The translations under genes and the position numbers were made by a program. A DNA stretch of 62,246 nucleotides from Anaerolineae bacterium (GTDB taxonomy: Bacteria; Chloroflexota; Anaerolineae; B4-G1; SLSP01): contig JALXBP010000065.1 in assembly GCA_026991395.1 (NCBI GenBank), forward strand, positions 1-62,246, read 5' to 3'. Positions 25,615-34,648 of the stretch are shown here, piece by piece (the first letter of the stretch is position 1; the number at the start of each line of letters is the position of its first letter). The notes below the pieces were generated by a model. It searched no databases. It saw only the letters and a list, made by a program, of their open reading frames with translations, and was not told the origin of the DNA.

Positions 25615-28600
25615 CTAAGGGGCCGCCCCACCGAGCCGTACCACTTCATCCATCGCCGCAAGGGGGAGCGGACGATGGCTGATCCAGATGAGACTCTTGC
25701 CCTCCGCCGCCCTGAGCACGTCGCGCACCAGCGCCTGCTCCGTCAGCGCATCGAGGTTCGCCGTCGGCTCGTCTAAGATGAGGATCGGCGCATCGCGCAG
25801 CAGCGCCCGCGCTAACGCCAGCCGCTGACGTTCGCCCCCGCTCAGGTGCGCCCCGTCTTCGCCGATCCAGGTGTCGTAGCCCTGGGGAAGCTGCATCACG
25901 AAATCGTGCAGATGGGCCAGACGCGAGGCCGCCACCATCCCCGCCTCCCCCGCTCCGGGCGCGGCCAGGAGGAGATTTTCGCGCACCGTTCCGGCGAAGA
26001 GGAAAGGCCGCTGCTCGACGACGGCAAAGAGGGTGCGCAGATCATCGGAGCGGTAGTCGCGCAGCGAACGCCCGTTCAAGGTGATCTCCCCCGCCTGCCA
26101 CTCCCAGAAGCGCAGCAGGAGGCGGACCACCGTCGTCTTCCCCGCCCCGCTCGGCCCGACGATGGCGATATGCTTGCCGAAGGGCAGGTCGAGCGAGAAG
26201 CCGTCGAGCACCCAGGGGGCGGATTCGGCGTAGCGGAAGCGCACCCGCTGGAAGCGGATGTGCGGAGACCGCGGCAGGGGCAGCGGACGGGACGGCTCCC
26301 GCACCGCAGGGGGTTGATCGGCGATGGCGAAGAGCCGCCGCGCAGCAGCGACATTTTCCTCCAGGTAGGCCGCCGCCGTCGGCAGTGGCTGCACCGCCTC
26401 GAAGCCGCTGAGCGCCGCCATCACCAGCGCGACCCAGCCCACACCGCCCAGCGAGCCGCTGCGGACGAGCGGCACGCCCAGCGCCAGCACCGCGATCATC
26501 CCGCCACCGGCCACAAGCCGCAGCAGGCCCAGTTGCGCCCCCTCCACCGAGGCCATCCGTCCCTGCAGGCGGATGAGCGAGGCGCTCAGCCGATCGATCT
26601 GCCCTTCCAGTACCTCCACGCCGCCCACGGCCAGCAGATCGGCCAGTCCCTGCACCGCATCGACGAGGACGGCCCGCAGTTCACCCCGCAGGCGCACCAT
26701 CGCCGGGCCGATGCGCCGCGCCCGCCATCGCGCCCAGAGTGGCACGCCGATGCCCGCCACGAGGAAGGCCGCCAGCCAGGCCGCCCCCAGCGCCGGGCGT
26801 CCCCAGCCGATGAACAGCGTCATCGCCGCCGCCACGACCGCGGCCACCCACGGAGGGGCCAGCACGCGGACGAAGAAATTCTCCAGCGCGTGAATGTCGT
26901 CCAGGATACGGGCCAGCAGGTCGCCGCTGCGGTCGAACTGGAGCCGGGCAGGGGCCAGCGGTTCGAGCGCGGCGTAGAACCAGCGGCGCAGCCGCGCGAG
27001 GATGCGGAAGGTCGTATCGTGGCTGATGAGCCGCTCGGCGTAGCGAAAGGCACCGCGGGCGATGCCGAAGAAACGCACGCCGACGATGCTCAGTTGCAGC
27101 GCCCCCAGCGGAGGATGCAGTGCCGCGCGGGCGATGAGGTAAGCGCCCGTCGTCATCAGGCCGACGCCGCTGAGGACGGTCGCCGTCCCCACCGCGACGG
27201 CCAGCACCACCCGCCGCCAGAAGGGGCGGACGAAGCCCAGCAGCCGCACGAGGACGCCCGCCGCTGCGGCAGGCTTCGCCGACGCCGCCTCTTCGCCTGC
27301 AGCGATGGAGACGGGCGTGGCCGCCCGCTCCCCGGTCGGCGAAGGCCGCGCAAGCACCGTGCCAGAGCGCACCAGATCGCGGTACAGCCCCTCCTGCGCC
27401 ATCAGCGCCTCGTGGCGGCCCTCCTGAACGATGCGCCCTTCCGCCATCACGAGGATGCGGTCGGCCTGCCGCACCGTTTCCAGGCGATGGGCGATGATGA
27501 TCACCGAACGCCCCTCGACCAGCCGCGCCAGCGCCGCCTGCACCCGCGCTTCCGTCGCCGCATCCAGGTTCGCCGTCGGCTCGTCGAGGATGAGGATCGG
27601 CGCATCCTTGAGGAAGGCCCGCGCCAGGGCCAGCCGCTGGGCCTGGCCGCCGCTGAGCGTCATCCCGTGCTCACCGACCGGCGTTTCGTACCCCTGCGGC
27701 AGCCCCTCGATGAAGCTCTCCAGATCGGCCAGCCGAACCGCCTCGCGGAGTTCCGCTTCCGACGCCTGCGGGCGGGCCAGGCGCAGATTGGAGGCAATCG
27801 TCCCGTGGAAGAGGTAGGGGCGCTGCGGCACCCACGCCACCAGCCGACGCCACGCCTGCGGCGCGTATCGGCTCAGCGGCACGCCGTCCACGAGGATGCG
27901 CCCCGTCTGCGGCTCGATGAAGCGCAGGAGCAACGCCGTCAACGTCGTCTTGCCCGCACCGCTCGGCCCGACGAGGGCCACGCGCTCACCGGGGTGCAGC
28001 GCAAACGTTATCCCGTCCACGGCAGGGCCTTCGCCTTCGGGGTAGGTGAAGCTCACCGCCTCGAAGCGAAGCTCCGGAGGGCGCTCCAAAGGCGGCGGCT
28101 CCCCGTCGGGCAGGGAGGGCGGCTCCCCCAAGATGCGGAAGAGGGTCTCCGCCGCCGCCGTCCCGCCCATCCCCGCGTGGAAGCGTGCGCCGAGCAGCCG
28201 CAAGGGGCGGTAGAACTCGGGGGCGAGGAGGAGGACGAAGAAAGCCTCGCGGAAGGTGAGCATCCCGGCCAGCAGGCGCAACCCGATCCCCACGGAGACT
28301 ACCGCGGTGCTCAAGGTGGCGACCCATTCCATCACCAGAGCGGAGAGGAAGGCCACACGCAGCACGCGCACCGTCGAGCGGCGGAAAGCCTCGCTCACCT
28401 CGGCTACCCGCTCGATCTGCGCCGCCGCCTGTCCGAAGAGCTTCAGCGTCGTCAGTCCCTGGAGCGCATCGAGGAGAAAGGCGCTCATCCGACTGAGCGC
28501 CCGCCACTGCTTGCGCGTCAGCGCGTCGGCCCAGTCGCCGATGAGGACCATGAAGACGGGGATGATGGGCGCGGTAAGGACGAGGATCAGGCCGCTGATC

Positions 28601-29073
28601 CAGTCTCGCGGGAAGACGACGAGGACGACGAGCAGCGGCACGATACCGGCGACGAAGAGCTGGGGCAAGTAACGGCGGAAATAGCTTTCCACCTCCTCGA
28701 CGCCCTGGGTGAGCGCCTGCACCAACTCGCCGGCCTGCTCACCGGCCGTAAAGGCGGGGCCGCGCGCGGCGATGCGGGCGTAGAGCAGGCGGCGCAGGGC
28801 GGCTTTGACCTGGGCGGCCACGTGGAAGGCGAGCCGCTCCTCGGCCCATATCGCCACCGCCTCCGCCACGAGGAGGAGGAAGAGGGCCGCCAGCCGGGGA
28901 CGCACCGCCGTCAGCGAAGCCCCCTGCAAGAAGACGGCGTCGAGCACGGCGCTGAGCAGAGCGGCTTCGCCCACGATCAGCAGACCGATGCCCGCGCCCA
29001 GGGCGACGGTGGAGACGAAGGCCACCAGCGGGCCGCGGCGCAGCCAGGCGAGCAGGCGTCGATCGAGGTTCAT
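25615..29073 (-). CDS. cydDC: Fused CydD-CydC thiol-reductant ABC exporter
   Basis: CydD half (YFRRYLPQ, LAPEFYRPLRLLGARFHAG, GPSGAGKT, LSGGQAQR) joined in frame to a CydC half (SIVGVRFFGIARGAFRYAERLISHD, GPSGAGKT, LSGGERQR). Confidence 0.92.
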   Translation of the reverse strand: MNLDRRLLAWLRRGPLVAFVSTVALGAGIGLLIVGEAALLSAVLDAVFLQGASLTAVRPRLAALFLLLVAEAVAIWAEERLAFHVAAQVKAALRRLLYARIAARGPAFTAGEQAGELVQALTQGVEEVESYFRRYLPQLFVAGIVPLLVVLVVFPRDWISGLILVLTAPIIPVFMVLIGDWADALTRKQWRALSRMSAFLLDALQGLTTLKLFGQAAAQIERVAEVSEAFRRSTVRVLRVAFLSALVMEWVATLSTAVVSVGIGLRLLAGMLTFREAFFVLLLAPEFYRPLRLLGARFHAGMGGTAAAETLFRILGEPPSLPDGEPPPLERPPELRFEAVSFTYPEGEGPAVDGITFALHPGERVALVGPSGAGKTTLTALLLRFIEPQTGRILVDGVPLSRYAPQAWRRLVAWVPQRPYLFHGTIASNLRLARPQASEAELREAVRLADLESFIEGLPQGYETPVGEHGMTLSGGQAQRLALARAFLKDAPILILDEPTANLDAATEARVQAALARLVEGRSVIIIAHRLETVRQADRILVMAEGRIVQEGRHEALMAQEGLYRDLVRSGTVLARPSPTGERAATPVSIAAGEEAASAKPAAAAGVLVRLLGFVRPFWRRVVLAVAVGTATVLSGVGLMTTGAYLIARAALHPPLGALQLSIVGVRFFGIARGAFRYAERLISHDTTFRILARLRRWFYAALEPLAPARLQFDRSGDLLARILDDIHALENFFVRVLAPPWVAAVVAAAMTLFIGWGRPALGAAWLAAFLVAGIGVPLWARWRARRIGPAMVRLRGELRAVLVDAVQGLADLLAVGGVEVLEGQIDRLSASLIRLQGRMASVEGAQLGLLRLVAGGGMIAVLALGVPLVRSGSLGGVGWVALVMAALSGFEAVQPLPTAAAYLEENVAAARRLFAIADQPPAVREPSRPLPLPRSPHIRFQRVRFRYAESAPWVLDGFSLDLPFGKHIAIVGPSGAGKTTVVRLLLRFWEWQAGEITLNGRSLRDYRSDDLRTLFAVVEQRPFLFAGTVRENLLLAAPGAGEAGMVAASRLAHLHDFVMQLPQGYDTWIGEDGAHLSGGERQRLALARALLRDAPILILDEPTANLDALTEQALVRDVLRAAEGKSLIWISHRPLPLAAMDEVVRLGGAAP

Positions 29074-29118
29074 AGCGCAAAGGAAGGGAGGGGACGTTGC
29101 CGCCCCCTCCCTCTCCCG

Positions 29119-30129
29119 TCAGTAGGTCGGTTGGCTCTTCTTGCCGAGCCGTTCCTTGAAAATCCAGTAAGTCCACCCCTGATAGACGAGGACGATGGGG
29201 ACGAGAATGGCGGCGACGATGGTCATCGTCTTCAGCGTGTACTGGCTGGCGGAGGCGGTGTAGATCGTCAGGCTGTAGGCGGGGTCGAGGCTGGAGACCA
29301 GCACGCGCGGGAAGAGGCCCAGGAAGAGCGCTACCGTCGTCAGCGCGATGCCCACGGCGGTGCTGATGAAGGCCTTGCCCATCGCACCCTTGCCGATGTA
29401 GCTCTTGCTCAGCGCAATGGCGATGAGCGCGAGGACGGCGACGACGACGGCTGCGACCTTGTTCGGCGCATCGCCAAGGACGAAGATGGTGGCGATGGCG
29501 AAGAGCGCGAAAGCCCCAACGGCGAAGGGCCAGACCTTCTGCGCCATCGCCGCCGCGCGTTTCTCCAGATCGCCCGCCAGCTTCAGGCTGAGGAAGAGCG
29601 CCCCGTGCAGCGTGAAGACGGCGACGAAGGTTATGCCGCCCAGGAGTGCGTAGGGGTTGAGCAGGTTGAAGAAGCCGCCGACGTAGGTCATCGACCCGTC
29701 GATGGGGACACCGCGCAAGACGTTGGCCATCGCCACACCCCACAGCAAGGCCGGCAACAGGCTCCCCCAGAAGACGGCCTTGTCCCAGAGCGCACGCCAC
29801 TTCGGGTCCTCGACCTGGTTGCGGAACTCGAAGGCAATGCCGCGGGCGATCAGCGCCAGGAGGAGCAGCACCAGCGCCACGTAGAAGCCGCTGAAGAGCG
29901 TCGCATACCAGTGGGGGAAGGCGGCGAACATCGCGCCACCCGCGGTAATCATCCACACCTCGTTGCCGTCCCAGAAAGGCCCAATGGCGCTGATGATCAG
30001 CCGCCGCTCCTCATCATCCTTGCCCAAGAAGGGCATGAGGATGCCCACGCCGTAGTCGAAGCCTTCCAGGAAGAAAAAGCCGGTGAAAAGCACCGCAATG
30101 AGAATGAACCAGAGCGTATTCAGGTCCAT
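29119..30129 (-). CDS. cydB: Cytochrome bd oxidase subunit II
   Basis: MDLNTLWFILIAVLF...LEGFDYGVG, IGPFWDGNEVW, FAAFPHWYATLFSG, RGIAFEFR; SD AGGAGG before ATG 30129. Confidence 0.96.
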   Translation of the reverse strand: MDLNTLWFILIAVLFTGFFFLEGFDYGVGILMPFLGKDDEERRLIISAIGPFWDGNEVWMITAGGAMFAAFPHWYATLFSGFYVALVLLLLALIARGIAFEFRNQVEDPKWRALWDKAVFWGSLLPALLWGVAMANVLRGVPIDGSMTYVGGFFNLLNPYALLGGITFVAVFTLHGALFLSLKLAGDLEKRAAAMAQKVWPFAVGAFALFAIATIFVLGDAPNKVAAVVVAVLALIAIALSKSYIGKGAMGKAFISTAVGIALTTVALFLGLFPRVLVSSLDPAYSLTIYTASASQYTLKTMTIVAAILVPIVLVYQGWTYWIFKERLGKKSQPTY

Positions 30130-30142
30130 CGCACACCTCCTC

Positions 30143-31501
30143 TTAGTACCCGGCGCCCGCCGCTTCGGGCTGAGCCTGCTCCAGATGACGCAGGACCAAG
30201 TAGATACCAACACCGGTGATCAATACGTAGACCAGGGTCAGCGCCACCAGCGAGAAGAGCACCTCCCCTGCGGAGACCGCCGCCGTTGGCGAGACGGCAT
30301 CCTCCACCTTCTGGAGCGTGAAGACGATCCACGGCTGACGCCCGACCTCCGTCATGATCCAGCCGGTCGTCGAGGCGATGAAGGGAAGGGAGATGCCCCA
30401 CACCAGCGCCTTCAAGAACCCCTTCTTCTCGGCCACGATGCCTTTCTTGTGCAGGAAGAGGGCATAGATCGCAAAGGCCAGCATCAGCAAACCGGCGAGG
30501 ACCATCAGGTGGAAGACGTAGAAGAGCAAGTTGACAGGCGGGACGTAGTTATCCGGCCCGTACTTCTCCGTGTATTCGGCCTGGAGATCGCGCATTCCCC
30601 TCACTTCCCCTTCCATACGGTCGTAGACGAGGAAGCTCAGCAGCTTGGGGACGCGAATCTCGACGCTGTTGCGCATATGCTTCTGGTCGGCGATCGCGAA
30701 GAGCGTGTAGGCGGCGGGGTCTTCCGTCTCCCAGTGGGCCTCGGCGGCGGCCAGCTTCATCGGCTGGACGAAGGCGATATGCTGCGCCTGCGAATGGCCG
30801 AAGAGGATCACCAGCACAACGCCGATCAGCCCCCAGAGGGCACCGGCCTTGAAGGAACGCAGCACCCACGCCTCCTGCTTGCCGCGCAGGATGAGGACGG
30901 CGCTCAACCCCAGGACGACGAAACCCGCCGTGGTGATGCCCGCCGTGAGGACGTGGGGGAACTGCACCCAGACGTTGGGATTCTTCACCAGCGCGGCGAA
31001 GCTTTCCATCTCCGCGCGGCCGTTCCGCAGGACGTAGCCGACCGGCTCCTGCATGAAGGAGTTGGCGATGAGGATCCACAGCGCCGAGAGGTTGGAGCCG
31101 ATCGCGACCAGCCACATCACCGCCGCGTGCAGCTTGGGCGAAAGGCGATCCCAGCCGAAGACCCAGATGCCGATGAAGGTGGATTCCAGGTAGAAGGCCA
31201 GCAGTGCCTCGATCGCCAGCGGCGCACCGAAGATGTCCCCCATAAAGCGGGAGTATTCCGACCAGTTCATCCCGAACTGGAACTCCTGCACGATACCGGA
31301 GACGACGCCCAGGGCGAAGTTGATCAGGAAAACCTTGCCCCAGAACTTGACCATCTTCTTGTAAACCTCGTCGCCCGTGCGGACGTAGAAGGTTTCCAGG
31401 ATGGCCAGGAGGATCGTCATCCCCAGCGTGAGGGGGACGAAGAAAAAGTGAATGATGGTGAGAATGGCAAATTGCCATCGGGCCAGAGCCAAAGCATCCA
31501 T
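30143..31501 (-). CDS. cydA: Cytochrome bd oxidase subunit I
   Basis: LARWQF...HFFFVP, GIVQEFQFGMNWS, LIANSFMQ.P, QPMKLAAAE, GWIMTEVGRQPW. Confidence 0.97.
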   Translation of the reverse strand: MDALALARWQFAILTIIHFFFVPLTLGMTILLAILETFYVRTGDEVYKKMVKFWGKVFLINFALGVVSGIVQEFQFGMNWSEYSRFMGDIFGAPLAIEALLAFYLESTFIGIWVFGWDRLSPKLHAAVMWLVAIGSNLSALWILIANSFMQEPVGYVLRNGRAEMESFAALVKNPNVWVQFPHVLTAGITTAGFVVLGLSAVLILRGKQEAWVLRSFKAGALWGLIGVVLVILFGHSQAQHIAFVQPMKLAAAEAHWETEDPAAYTLFAIADQKHMRNSVEIRVPKLLSFLVYDRMEGEVRGMRDLQAEYTEKYGPDNYVPPVNLLFYVFHLMVLAGLLMLAFAIYALFLHKKGIVAEKKGFLKALVWGISLPFIASTTGWIMTEVGRQPWIVFTLQKVEDAVSPTAAVSAGEVLFSLVALTLVYVLITGVGIYLVLRHLEQAQPEAAGAGY

Positions 31502-31534
31502 AATCACAAACCTCCTTTTGATGAACTGAAGGGA

Positions 31535-32029
31535 TCAAGGGAAAGAACCGGCTCTTTCTTCACGCTCCCCTTGCGAAGGGAGCGCGAATTCCAAGGCTGC
31601 ATCACCGCCCCTTTGCCGAGTCGTCCTGCGGCTCTCCGCGGCGAGTTGTGCGAGCGTCGCGGCCTCGAGGGTCGAAGTCAGCACCGCCTGGAGCGCCGCC
31701 CAGTGGCGACGCACGGGACAGCCTCCGCTCAACGGGCAGGTGTGGGGATGGGCGATACAATCGGAGATGAGGATCGGTCCCTCGATGGCCTCCAGGATGT
31801 GGCGCAGGGTGATCGCCTCCGCCGGGCGGGCCAACTCCAGCCCGCCGCCGGGGCCGCGTTTCGTGCGCAGCAGCCCCGCCTTGATGAGTGCCGCCGGTAG
31901 CTGTTTGGCAAACTGGGGAGGGATGTGCATCCGCTCGCGCACTTCCTGCAGCGTGAGACGGCGCTCTTCCAGCGCCAGCGCCAGCAGAATCCGTGTCGCG
32001 TAATCAACCCGGCGGCTGATACGGAACAT
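31535..32029 (-). CDS. Rrf2-family transcriptional regulator with three C-terminal Cys
   Basis: MFRISRRVDYA, RTKRGPGGG.ELARPAEAITL, C-x6-C-x5-C; first gene of the cyd operon. Confidence 0.9.
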   Translation of the reverse strand: MFRISRRVDYATRILLALALEERRLTLQEVRERMHIPPQFAKQLPAALIKAGLLRTKRGPGGGLELARPAEAITLRHILEAIEGPILISDCIAHPHTCPLSGGCPVRRHWAALQAVLTSTLEAATLAQLAAESRRTTRQRGGDAALEFALPSQGEREERAGSFP

Positions 32030-32050
32030 CTCCACCTCGACGGCGAAGGG

Positions 32051-32075
32051 ATTAGTTACTAAAATTGTAACCAAT
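32051..32075 (-). promoter_or_regulatory. Palindromic operator (probable Rrf2 site)
   Basis: ATTAGTTAC-N7-GTAACCAAT, 8 of 9 positions inverted-repeat matched, overlapping the -10 and predicted start site. Confidence 0.6.
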
Positions 32076-32091
32076 TTTTCGGAAAAATCAA
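32064..32091 (-). promoter_or_regulatory. sigma70-type promoter of the rrf2-cyd operon
   Basis: TTGATT-N16-TACAAT in an AT-rich patch. Confidence 0.55.
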
Positions 32092-32137
32092 GGGGGATTC
32101 GCCGGTTGCGGGCGATTTCGAGGAGTGTCGCCGGGCG

Positions 32138-33016
32138 CTACACCTCGGCGAAGGGACGCGGCCCGCCCATCACCTCACGGTCGATCGGGCCGTAGTGCTT
32201 CGCGCCATCCCGGCTCCATTTGACCAGGCTCAGCGTGCCATGGCGAATCTCCATCGCCGTAACGCTGTAGGGATGCACGCCGCTGCCCGAATTGTAGTAG
32301 GGGATATCACCCTTGGGAGGGAAGAGAGGATGATGTGTATGCCCGCTCACCATCGCCTGACGGCGCAGGCGCACCCAGCGGGCCAGACGCTCCTCCAAAA
32401 TGACGCGCCGATGATGATTCTGCGCCGGGCTGGTCGGATCGCTGAGGCCGTATCGCTGCAAGGGCCGCCACAGGAAACGGAGGAAGAAGCGCGAGAAGGG
32501 GTAGACCCAGAAGAGATCGCCCTGATTGCCGTGCGTGACGAAGAGCGCGTGGCCGCTGGGACGGTGTACCAGCAACAGGCCGGCGTAAACGCTCAACCCC
32601 TTCAGCAAAGGCGTGGGGTGCCCGACGTGGTCCACATCGGTGTACCAGAGATAACGCCGCACCATCGCCGGCCACCGCCACAACTCATCGTGATTGCCGT
32701 AGAGCTTGAAGAGCCGCCCTCGATGATGGAAATCGCGGAAGAGGCGGTAGAAAGGGAAGTGGGTCGCGATGATGCGGCGCGGATCGCGATTCTCCCACAA
32801 CTCCTCCATATCGCCCGCGAGGATGAGCGTAAACCCCTCCCGAAAATAGTACTCCAGCGCGCGGAGCGCCGTTGCCGCATTGTGCAGGAAATCATCGGCG
32901 TGGTCGCCAACGCCCATATGGAAATCGCTGACGATGGCAAAGGCAGCCTCATCGTCGAAGAGGAGACGCGGCGCACCGACCAGGGCGGCATCCAGACGCT
33001 CGACGACACCCGTCAT
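32138..33016 (-). CDS. Calcineurin-like metallophosphoesterase
   Basis: SDFHMG, LAGDMEELW, YGNHD, THG, SGHTH, YNSG. Confidence 0.85.
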   Translation of the reverse strand: MTGVVERLDAALVGAPRLLFDDEAAFAIVSDFHMGVGDHADDFLHNAATALRALEYYFREGFTLILAGDMEELWENRDPRRIIATHFPFYRLFRDFHHRGRLFKLYGNHDELWRWPAMVRRYLWYTDVDHVGHPTPLLKGLSVYAGLLLVHRPSGHALFVTHGNQGDLFWVYPFSRFFLRFLWRPLQRYGLSDPTSPAQNHHRRVILEERLARWVRLRRQAMVSGHTHHPLFPPKGDIPYYNSGSGVHPYSVTAMEIRHGTLSLVKWSRDGAKHYGPIDREVMGGPRPFAEV

Positions 33017-33022
33017 AGCTTC

Positions 33023-34078
33023 CTATGGCGCGTCGGGGACGAAGGCCAGCAGCGTCTGCGGATAGGTATCCGTGACCAGGACGAAACCCTCGCCAGGGAG
33101 ACGGACCGCTCCCTCCCAGTTGCGGGCCTTCCCGTCCTCCGCCGTGACCAGCGCCAGCGTCGGGGCGGGACAACGCTCGATGCGCTCATCCGCCGCCCGC
33201 AGCGGCACCAGGCGCTCGATCGGCCTATCGCTCGGCCCGGCGGGCTTGAGCTTCTCCGCATCGCCGGGCCAGAGGTAATCGATGACCCAGAAACACCCTT
33301 CGTCGTCGATCGCCGTCGCGTCGGTTACCCGATAGTCGAGCGGGAGCATCGGCCAGGGGTCGAGGGCGGCCAGCGTCGGCACCGCGAAGCGCTGCGCCAG
33401 CGGCGCGGGATTGATGGCCGGTCCGTTGGCCTCGTCGAAGACGAACAGCGTCCCCTCCACCAGGACGAGGGCCTCCTCGCTCATATTCTCCAGGTTCACC
33501 TGAGGGAGCACCGTCGCTAACGAATCCGCATCCAGGACGATGCCCTCCTCCTCCCAGTGCCCCCGCACGAGATAGCCGAGCATCGTCTCGCCCTTGTGCG
33601 CCTCGATCGTCAGGTAGAGATCGTCGCCGTCGAAGGCAATCGCCTCGAAACCCTCGAAGCCGCGCAGCGTGTGCAAGCCACCATCATCGAAGGGGACGGG
33701 GTCGGGGTCGGGCAAAGCGGCACCCGTCGCCGCGAAGGCTTCCACCGCCTCCCGCGGCAGTGTGAAGAGCCGATCGCCGAACCGGGTCGGGTACTGCGGC
33801 AGGAGGACGAGATCGTCGCCGTGCCACGCCAGCCCGGAAAGCTCGGCCTCACGGCGGTCGAGCGGCGCGGCCAGCGTCGTGATCCGCGGCTCGACCGTCA
33901 CGACCTCGGCCGTCGGCACGGGGGTAGGGGAGACGGCCATCGTCGGCGTGGCCGTCGGCGGCGAGGCCGTCGGCGCAGCGATCGCAGGCGGCGGCGGGGG
34001 CGTCATCCCCCGCACACAGCCCGCGAGGAGTATCCCCAGCGCCGCGACCAGGAGCAGGAAACCCTTCCGCGCGGCCAT
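33023..34078 (-). CDS. Hypothetical lipoprotein, probably beta-propeller
   Basis: Lipobox LLAGC, Pro/Thr linker, repeated blade-like motifs ELSGLAW, FEAIAF, SEEALV, WEGAV; start trimmed to ATG 34078. Confidence 0.7.
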   Translation of the reverse strand: MAARKGFLLLVAALGILLAGCVRGMTPPPPPAIAAPTASPPTATPTMAVSPTPVPTAEVVTVEPRITTLAAPLDRREAELSGLAWHGDDLVLLPQYPTRFGDRLFTLPREAVEAFAATGAALPDPDPVPFDDGGLHTLRGFEGFEAIAFDGDDLYLTIEAHKGETMLGYLVRGHWEEEGIVLDADSLATVLPQVNLENMSEEALVLVEGTLFVFDEANGPAINPAPLAQRFAVPTLAALDPWPMLPLDYRVTDATAIDDEGCFWVIDYLWPGDAEKLKPAGPSDRPIERLVPLRAADERIERCPAPTLALVTAEDGKARNWEGAVRLPGEGFVLVTDTYPQTLLAFVPDAP

Positions 34079-34079
34079 C

Positions 34080-34520
34080 TCACGCCTCACCATCGATGAG
34101 CGCGACCTCATCCCCCACCCGGACCCGACCACCACGCACAACGCGCAAGAAAATCCCCACTTTGGGCAGGATGGAGTGCCCCTTGAAGTTGTACGTGTGG
34201 GACGCGCTCGGCGGCTTGCCCAATTGGACGACCTCCAGCACCGTCTCGCCCACCCGCAGCCGATCCCCAAGCTGCAGTGAGGCCGTGTCCAGCCCGCTGA
34301 CGGTCAGATTCTCGGCAAAGGCACCGGGAGCGGCTCCGAGGTCATACGCCTCGTTCACCTCGTCCACGTATCGAATGTCGAGCAGGCTGATCTCGCGCTC
34401 GCCCAGGCCGGCGTGCGCATCCCCGACCAGCCCCAGACCGGGGCGAAGCTCGCCTTCCAGCACATTGACCTTCGGATCGCTCCGTCGCTCGCTGCGATTG
34501 ACACCGATGAGTGTCGCCAT
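34080..34520 (-). CDS. MOSC-domain protein
   Basis: GLVGDAHAG..REISLL, PGAFAENLT, LEVVQLGK, GIFLRVVRGGRVRVGD. Confidence 0.85.
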   Translation of the reverse strand: MATLIGVNRSERRSDPKVNVLEGELRPGLGLVGDAHAGLGEREISLLDIRYVDEVNEAYDLGAAPGAFAENLTVSGLDTASLQLGDRLRVGETVLEVVQLGKPPSASHTYNFKGHSILPKVGIFLRVVRGGRVRVGDEVALIDGEA

Positions 34521-34648
34521 TGTTCACCTCCCTTGACGCATCGGCGGCAATTGTAACACAATCGTCCATACGCAAAAGCAGATGCCGCACCGCCGCATGC
34601 CCCTCGGCGAGAGTCTGGTATAATCGAAGCGGAAAGGTGGTGAAGCAG

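Noticed and set aside
25846-30219. 1457-aa + strand ORF, and similar long ORFs such as 37855-40326, 23492-25477, 20559-22298, 49830-51242 and 62-733
   Set aside because: Antisense shadows of well-supported genes. Long stop-free opposite frames are expected in high-GC DNA, and the translations show no recognisable motifs.
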